From: Candidatus Onthoplasma sp.
GTDB lineage: Bacteria; Bacillota; Clostridia; Christensenellales; UBA1242
NCBI GenBank assembly: GCA_045120995.1
Contig: JBGVFL010000063.1
Span: 1-28,401 of the forward strand
Direction of reading: 5' to 3'
Length of the DNA stretch: 28,401 bases
Made by a program: the position numbers and the translations under genes. Numbering within the stretch: position 1 is the stretch's first letter; each line of letters opens with the position of its first letter. Positions 24,517 to 28,401 of this stretch are shown here, piece by piece. The notes under the pieces are model-generated. The model did no database searches, was not told where the DNA came from, and saw only the letters and a list, made by a program, of their open reading frames with translations.

Positions 24517-25866
24517 ATGTTTTTACTTGACCAATGGAAAAAAGTTTTAAACAAACTTGAAAATGAAGTTACTGCTGTTACTTTCGATTTATGGATTAAC
24601 ACTTTAACTCCAATTCAATATGCAAACGATGAACTAATTATTTTAGCTCCAAGTGTAACTGCTAAAAACCAAGTTAAACAACCCGGCATTTTTGAAAAGA
24701 TAACAAAATGTGTTCGCCTTGAATTCACTCCTTACACTTTTGTTAGAATTATGGAAAGTCAAGAATATGAAGCAAGCATTCGCAAACAAGAAAAAGAACT
24801 TGATAGCATAATGAAAGAACAACCAAATTTAAAATCAAAATTTAACAAAAAGTATACATTCGAAAATTTCGTTGTTGGTAAATCAAATCAAGTTGTTTGT
24901 GCCGCTATGCAAAGCGTTGCGCAAAACCCTGGTCAAAAATTTAATCCTTTATTCATTTATTCTGGAGTAGGTTTGGGAAAAACCCACTTACTTCACGCTG
25001 TTGGAAATTATTTAAACGAACACAGACCCGAACTTAACGTGTTGTATGTAACTTGTGAAAAGTTTACAAGTGACTATATTCAATCAATCAATAACAGCAA
25101 AGAACGTTCTAATCAAGAATTTAGAAATAAATATCGTAATGTTGATGTTTTAATGGTTGATGATATTCAAGCTATCAAAGGCAAAATTAGCACACAAGAA
25201 GAATTTTTCAATACTTACAATGAACTTTATCAAAACAATAAACAAATCATTATTGCTTCAGACCGACCACCAAAAGAAATGAGTGAGTTGGAAGAAAGAC
25301 TTCGTTCTCGTTTCAGTTCTGGCTTAATTCAAGATATTCAAGAACCAGACTATGAAACAAAGGTTGCAATTATTAAAAAGAAATGTAGTCAAGAGGGTTA
25401 TCTTGTTGATGAAGATGTTGTCGACTTTATTGCACACAAAACAGGAACAAACATTCGTGAAATGGAAGGAATTTTATCTAAGGTTGTTTTCTTTAGTGGA
25501 CTTCTTGGCAAAACTCACACAACAATAGAAGATGCTTATGAAGCTTTAAAAGATTATGGCGAAACAGAAAGAACAGACTTAGATGCAGATAAAATCATAA
25601 ACACTGTGTGTGATTTCTTTAAAGTTACTAGAGAAGAGCTTGTTGGTAAAAAGAAAAACAAAGAAATTGTTGAACCAAGACAATTGTGTATCTACTTAAT
25701 CAATGAAATGTTAAATATTCCTCTAACAGCAATTGGAACATTGCTTGGAGGAAGAGATCATACAACTATTATGCACGCAAGAGATAAAATTGGTAACCAA
25801 GTTAAAGTTAATCCTCACATTAGAACTTTGGTTAACGATATAAAATCTAGACTTTTAAAATATTAA
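24517..25866 (+). CDS. dnaA: chromosomal replication initiator DnaA
   Basis: YTFENFVVGKSN, NPLFIYSGVGLGKTHL, LMVDDIQ, RLRSRFSSGL, domain IV GGRDHTTIMHA; SD GAGGTG. Confidence 0.99.
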   Translation: MFLLDQWKKVLNKLENEVTAVTFDLWINTLTPIQYANDELIILAPSVTAKNQVKQPGIFEKITKCVRLEFTPYTFVRIMESQEYEASIRKQEKELDSIMKEQPNLKSKFNKKYTFENFVVGKSNQVVCAAMQSVAQNPGQKFNPLFIYSGVGLGKTHLLHAVGNYLNEHRPELNVLYVTCEKFTSDYIQSINNSKERSNQEFRNKYRNVDVLMVDDIQAIKGKISTQEEFFNTYNELYQNNKQIIIASDRPPKEMSELEERLRSRFSSGLIQDIQEPDYETKVAIIKKKCSQEGYLVDEDVVDFIAHKTGTNIREMEGILSKVVFFSGLLGKTHTTIEDAYEALKDYGETERTDLDADKIINTVCDFFKVTREELVGKKKNKEIVEPRQLCIYLINEMLNIPLTAIGTLLGGRDHTTIMHARDKIGNQVKVNPHIRTLVNDIKSRLLKY

Positions 25867-25868
25867 AG

Positions 25869-25898
25869 AAAAGGCGAGAATTTAAATCTCGTCTTTTT
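25869..25898 (+). terminator. dnaA terminator
   Basis: AAAAGGCGAGA-7-TCTCGTCTTTT. Confidence 0.75.
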
Positions 25899-25899
25899 C

Positions 25900-26490
25900 T
25901 TCGTTTATTTTGGCAATTTAATAGAGTTTATTCAATGAGAGCATAACAAAAACGCATTTTTATTATGCTGAAAAACGATAAAAATCAAGTTGTCCACACC
26001 AAAATTAGAGATATCAACAACTCAATCCACTTAGTTACACACAAAATATGTGGATAAAAATTGTGCTGATTTTGTCGAATTTTATTACTTCTACCACTAG
26101 ATATTGTTATTTTAAAAGTTGTCCACATTTCCACTTTGCCTAATTAAAAAAACACTACCAAAAAATAAAAAAATATATTAAATAAAAGCGCATATGTGCA
26201 CTATGCGACTTAAATTTTTTAACTAAATCATTTGATAAAAATAATAATATTTATTAAATAATAATTTGATAAATAAAAAGAACTGAAAATGTGCGAAAAA
26301 CTCTATAAAATACTATTTTTAAGCTAATTTGATAAATAAAAAAATCAAATAAAAATTAAAGATAAATTAAGAAATAAATTAATATATATATAATTATATA
26401 TTTAAATATAAACAAAAAAACTGTGGATTTGTGGATAACTTTTAAGAAGTAAAAAACTATAAAATATTTCTTAAAAATCGAGTAAAAGAT
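25900..26490. other. oriC (dnaA-dnaN intergenic origin)
   Basis: 750-bp gap between dnaA and dnaN. DnaA boxes at 25990 (TTGTCCACA), 26049 (TGTGGATAA), 26119 (TTGTCCACA) and the 26422/26430 overlapping pair; Spo0A box TGTCGAA at 26073; very AT-rich 26210-26420. Confidence 0.8.
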
Positions 26491-26519
26491 TTGACATATT
26501 TTAGAGCGTTTGGTAGTAT
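26491..26519 (+). promoter_or_regulatory. sigma-A promoter of dnaN
   Basis: TTGACA-17-TGgTAGTAT. Confidence 0.7.
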
Positions 26520-26616
26520 AGTGTTGTATTATGATTTTGATGTAGGGGACAGAATCAAACAAGCTCATTTGCAGAATATTTGAGCAATTATTAAGAAAAA
26601 TGAGGAGTTAAGAAAA

Positions 26617-27714
26617 ATGAAATTTAGATGTGATGGACTAGAATTAAGCGAAGCTATAAGTGTTGTGTCTAAAGCTATTAGCAGTAAAACAACCAGTCAA
26701 ATTCTAGAAGGAATTAAAATGGTTTGCGCTGAAGATAAACTTATTTTGTCCGCTACTGATTTAGAAATGAGTGTTGAAAAAACAATTAGAGCCGAAGTTT
26801 ATAATGCTGGAGAAACAGTTGTTCCTGGTAGATTGTTTGGTGAATATATTAAAAAATTAACAAACGAACAAATTGAGTGTGAATTAAACGAAAAAAATCA
26901 ACTAAGAATTGCTTATACTGATAGTGAAGGAACATTACAATGTATGGAAATCAGTGAGTTCCCTCAAATTAAAGAAGTTGAGAAGAATGATTTCTTTGAA
27001 TTAAGCAAAGAAGATTTCAAGGCTTTAATAAACAACGTTTATTATGCTGTTGCTCAAGATGATAGTCGTCCTATTTTGAAGGGTATTTTAATTGAAACAA
27101 CTGGCACAAATATTCGTGCTGTTGCTGTTGATGGTTGTCGTCTTTCTATCGCAAACAAAACTTTAGTTAACACAACTTCAGACTTTAGAATTATTGTTCC
27201 AGGAAAAAATATCTATGAAATTATGAAAATGATGGATAATGAAGGAACAATAAAAGTTTTTGTTCATTCAAATAACATTATGGTTGATCTTGGTGACACT
27301 ATTGTTGTAAATCGTTTAATAGACGGACAATTTATCAACTATAAACAAATTGTTCCAAAGGATTTTTCAACTGTTGTAACAATCAACAAAGAACAACTTG
27401 AAGATGCTATTGATAGAGCTAGTGTTCTATCACGTATTGATAAAAATAACCTCGTAAAATTCGACATTAAAGAAAAGAACTTAATGTTAACATCAAATAG
27501 TGAAATTGGTAACACAAAAGAAAATATAACAGTTGGAGTTAAGGGTAATGACTTAAATATCTCTTTCAACTCAAAATATTTCAGCGATTGCTTAAGAGTT
27601 ATTGATAACACATATGTTAAAATGAACCTTAATTCAGCAATTCAACCTTGCGTTATCACACCATGTGAAGGCGAAGATTTTGTGTTCTTAATTCTTCCTG
27701 TTAAGGCTCGTTAA
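26617..27714 (+). CDS. dnaN: DNA polymerase III beta sliding clamp
   Basis: LSATDLE, RPILKGIL, AVDGCRL, RLIDGQFINYKQIVP, FNSKYF, LILPV; SD GAGGAG; follows dnaA. Confidence 0.98.
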   Translation: MKFRCDGLELSEAISVVSKAISSKTTSQILEGIKMVCAEDKLILSATDLEMSVEKTIRAEVYNAGETVVPGRLFGEYIKKLTNEQIECELNEKNQLRIAYTDSEGTLQCMEISEFPQIKEVEKNDFFELSKEDFKALINNVYYAVAQDDSRPILKGILIETTGTNIRAVAVDGCRLSIANKTLVNTTSDFRIIVPGKNIYEIMKMMDNEGTIKVFVHSNNIMVDLGDTIVVNRLIDGQFINYKQIVPKDFSTVVTINKEQLEDAIDRASVLSRIDKNNLVKFDIKEKNLMLTSNSEIGNTKENITVGVKGNDLNISFNSKYFSDCLRVIDNTYVKMNLNSAIQPCVITPCEGEDFVFLILPVKAR

Positions 27715-27730
27715 ACCACTATAAAATAGA

Positions 27731-27770
27731 AAGTTATCCACATTACAACTAAATTTGTGGATAACTTTTT
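27731..27770 (+). terminator. dnaN terminator-like hairpin whose arms are two perfect DnaA boxes
   Basis: AAGTTATCCACA(27731-27742)-13-TGTGGATAACTT(27756-27767)-TTT. Confidence 0.7.
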
Positions 27771-27781
27771 TTGTTATTTAT

Positions 27782-27810
27782 TTGCTATAAATTTTAGATT
27801 GTGATAATAT
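27782..27810 (+). promoter_or_regulatory. sigma-A promoter for the tRNA-Ser transcript
   Basis: TTGCTA-17-TGaTAATAT; implies a leader of about 230 nt before the tRNA. Confidence 0.6.
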
Positions 27811-27834
27811 GCATATAGCCAACAGGAATTAAAA

Positions 27835-28035
27835 ATGTCGCAAAAGATTGGTGTCCTCACGAAACGAATGTTTCGAAGGGTAAAAGGAGTAAGCGAGCAA
27901 AGGTTTATATTTGCAGTCAGCAAACTAGCAATAGCGAGACTTGCGACGTATGGAGAGTTGTTGGAGTGGTTTAACCCTAAAAATTATCAAGTAATTTTCA
28001 GGGGACCCGAATTTTGTTCAACCACTCAGCAGTTT
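27835..28035 (+). ncRNA. structured non-coding leader upstream of tRNA-Ser (unassigned)
   Basis: Outer stem GTCGCAA(27837)/TTGCGAC(27941); hairpins CGAAAC/GTTTCG, GCAAA/TTTGC and CTA-GCAA-TAG; then a tRNA-5' copy that pairs with an antisense segment. No family recognised. Confidence 0.45.
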
Positions 28036-28048
28036 AATATTATAATTT

Positions 28049-28136
28049 GGAGAGTTGTCGGAGTGGTTGAACGTGTCGCTCTCGAAAAGCGATAAGGTGA
28101 AAGCCTTCGGGGGTTCGAATCCCCCACTTTCCGCCA
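28049..28136 (+). tRNA. tRNA-Ser(CGA)
   Basis: Acceptor GGAGAGT/ACTTTCC, anticodon arm TCGCT-ctCGAaa-AGCGA, long variable arm AAGGT-gaa-AGCCTT, T-arm GGGGG-TTCGAAT-CCCCC, G discriminator, encoded CCA. Confidence 0.96.
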
Positions 28137-28155
28137 GAAAAACAGAGGAGGAAAA

Positions 28156-28401
28156 ATGAAACAAAACTTAACATTAAACGAACAAAAAATTCTTGCATCA
28201 AAAATTTTAAAGGTTGATATTAGTATTATTGAAAAGGTGGGTTTTGTTTTTCCTGATTCTGAAGTGTTGGTTGTTACAATTTCAAATGAAGGAACAGAAA
28301 TTCCCCTAAACTATAAAGGTGGAGCAACAACTTTAATTGTGGATAAAAAAGGAGAATTTCTTTTATATTCAGGATCAAGATTATCTATATCTCAATTGTT
28401 T
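28156..28401 (+). CDS. hypothetical protein (3' end runs off the window)
   Basis: SD GGAGG then ATG 28156; open for 82 codons to the window end (MKQNLTLNEQKILASKILKVDISIIEKVGFVFPDSEV...KGGATTLIVDKKGEFLLYSGSRLSISQLF). Confidence 0.7.
   Translation, partial: MKQNLTLNEQKILASKILKVDISIIEKVGFVFPDSEVLVVTISNEGTEIPLNYKGGATTLIVDKKGEFLLYSGSRLSISQLF

Noticed and set aside
26356-26568. 70-aa minus-strand ORF in oriC
   Set aside because: Low-complexity I/F/Y translation of the AT-rich origin, overlapping DnaA boxes and the dnaN promoter.
347-27611. Short overlapping or antisense ORFs (e.g. 347-577, 580-774, 1660-1890, 1887-2093, 2000-2260, 2285-2503, 2951-3163, 8357-8656, 9108-9299, 12398-12589, 16382-16789, 18569-19154, 18875-19078, 20536-20733, 27339-27611)
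   Set aside because: All are shadows or alternative frames of well-supported genes, with no SD, promoter or recognisable motif.
27952-28035. Second tRNA, or intron-split or permuted tRNA-Ser
   Set aside because: After the 24-nt match there is no anticodon arm, no TTC T-loop, no complementary acceptor 3' strand and no group I intron core; the downstream tRNA is complete on its own.
27835-28095. 86-aa ORF from the track
   Set aside because: It runs through the structured leader and half of tRNA-Ser, has only a weak SD, and shows no protein-like features.

Overview
AT-rich chromosomal replication-origin region of a low-GC Bacillota. It is most likely a spore-forming clostridial organism (DacF- and CwlD-type genes, Spo0A boxes); the taxonomy is inference. 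Left to right: rpsR(partial)-ssb-rpsF (-) with an S6:S18 leader, an orphan, a fused ABC exporter, metG, signal peptidase I, dacF, short alaS, tmk, a DUF4097-like protein, cwlD, an isolated DnaA-box cluster, a DHH/NrnA phosphoesterase, parB and parA separated by three perfect parS sites, a COG2426 membrane protein, tRNA-Arg(ACG), two orphans, mnmE-mnmG-rsmG (inverted relative to the usual arrangement), an orphan, recF, dnaA, oriC, dnaN, a structured leader, tRNA-Ser(CGA) and a partial orphan. I found no transposase, integrase, phage gene or CRISPR array, and the protein content is mostly housekeeping. The unusual signals are non-coding: (1) a perfect 57-bp purine/pyrimidine-alternating, CG-rich tract (Z-DNA candidate) between divergent promoters upstream of recF-dnaA; (2) a tRNA-Ser leader carrying both a decoy copy of the tRNA 5' end and a 12-nt antisense to its D-arm; (3) a six-box DnaA cluster about 11.5 kb from dnaA; (4) a parS triplet splitting parA from parB; (5) at least six apparently leaderless genes; (6) an orphan with a Spo0A box at its start site and a C-terminal clamp-binding-like motif. 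All motif calls were made by eye; no searches were run.
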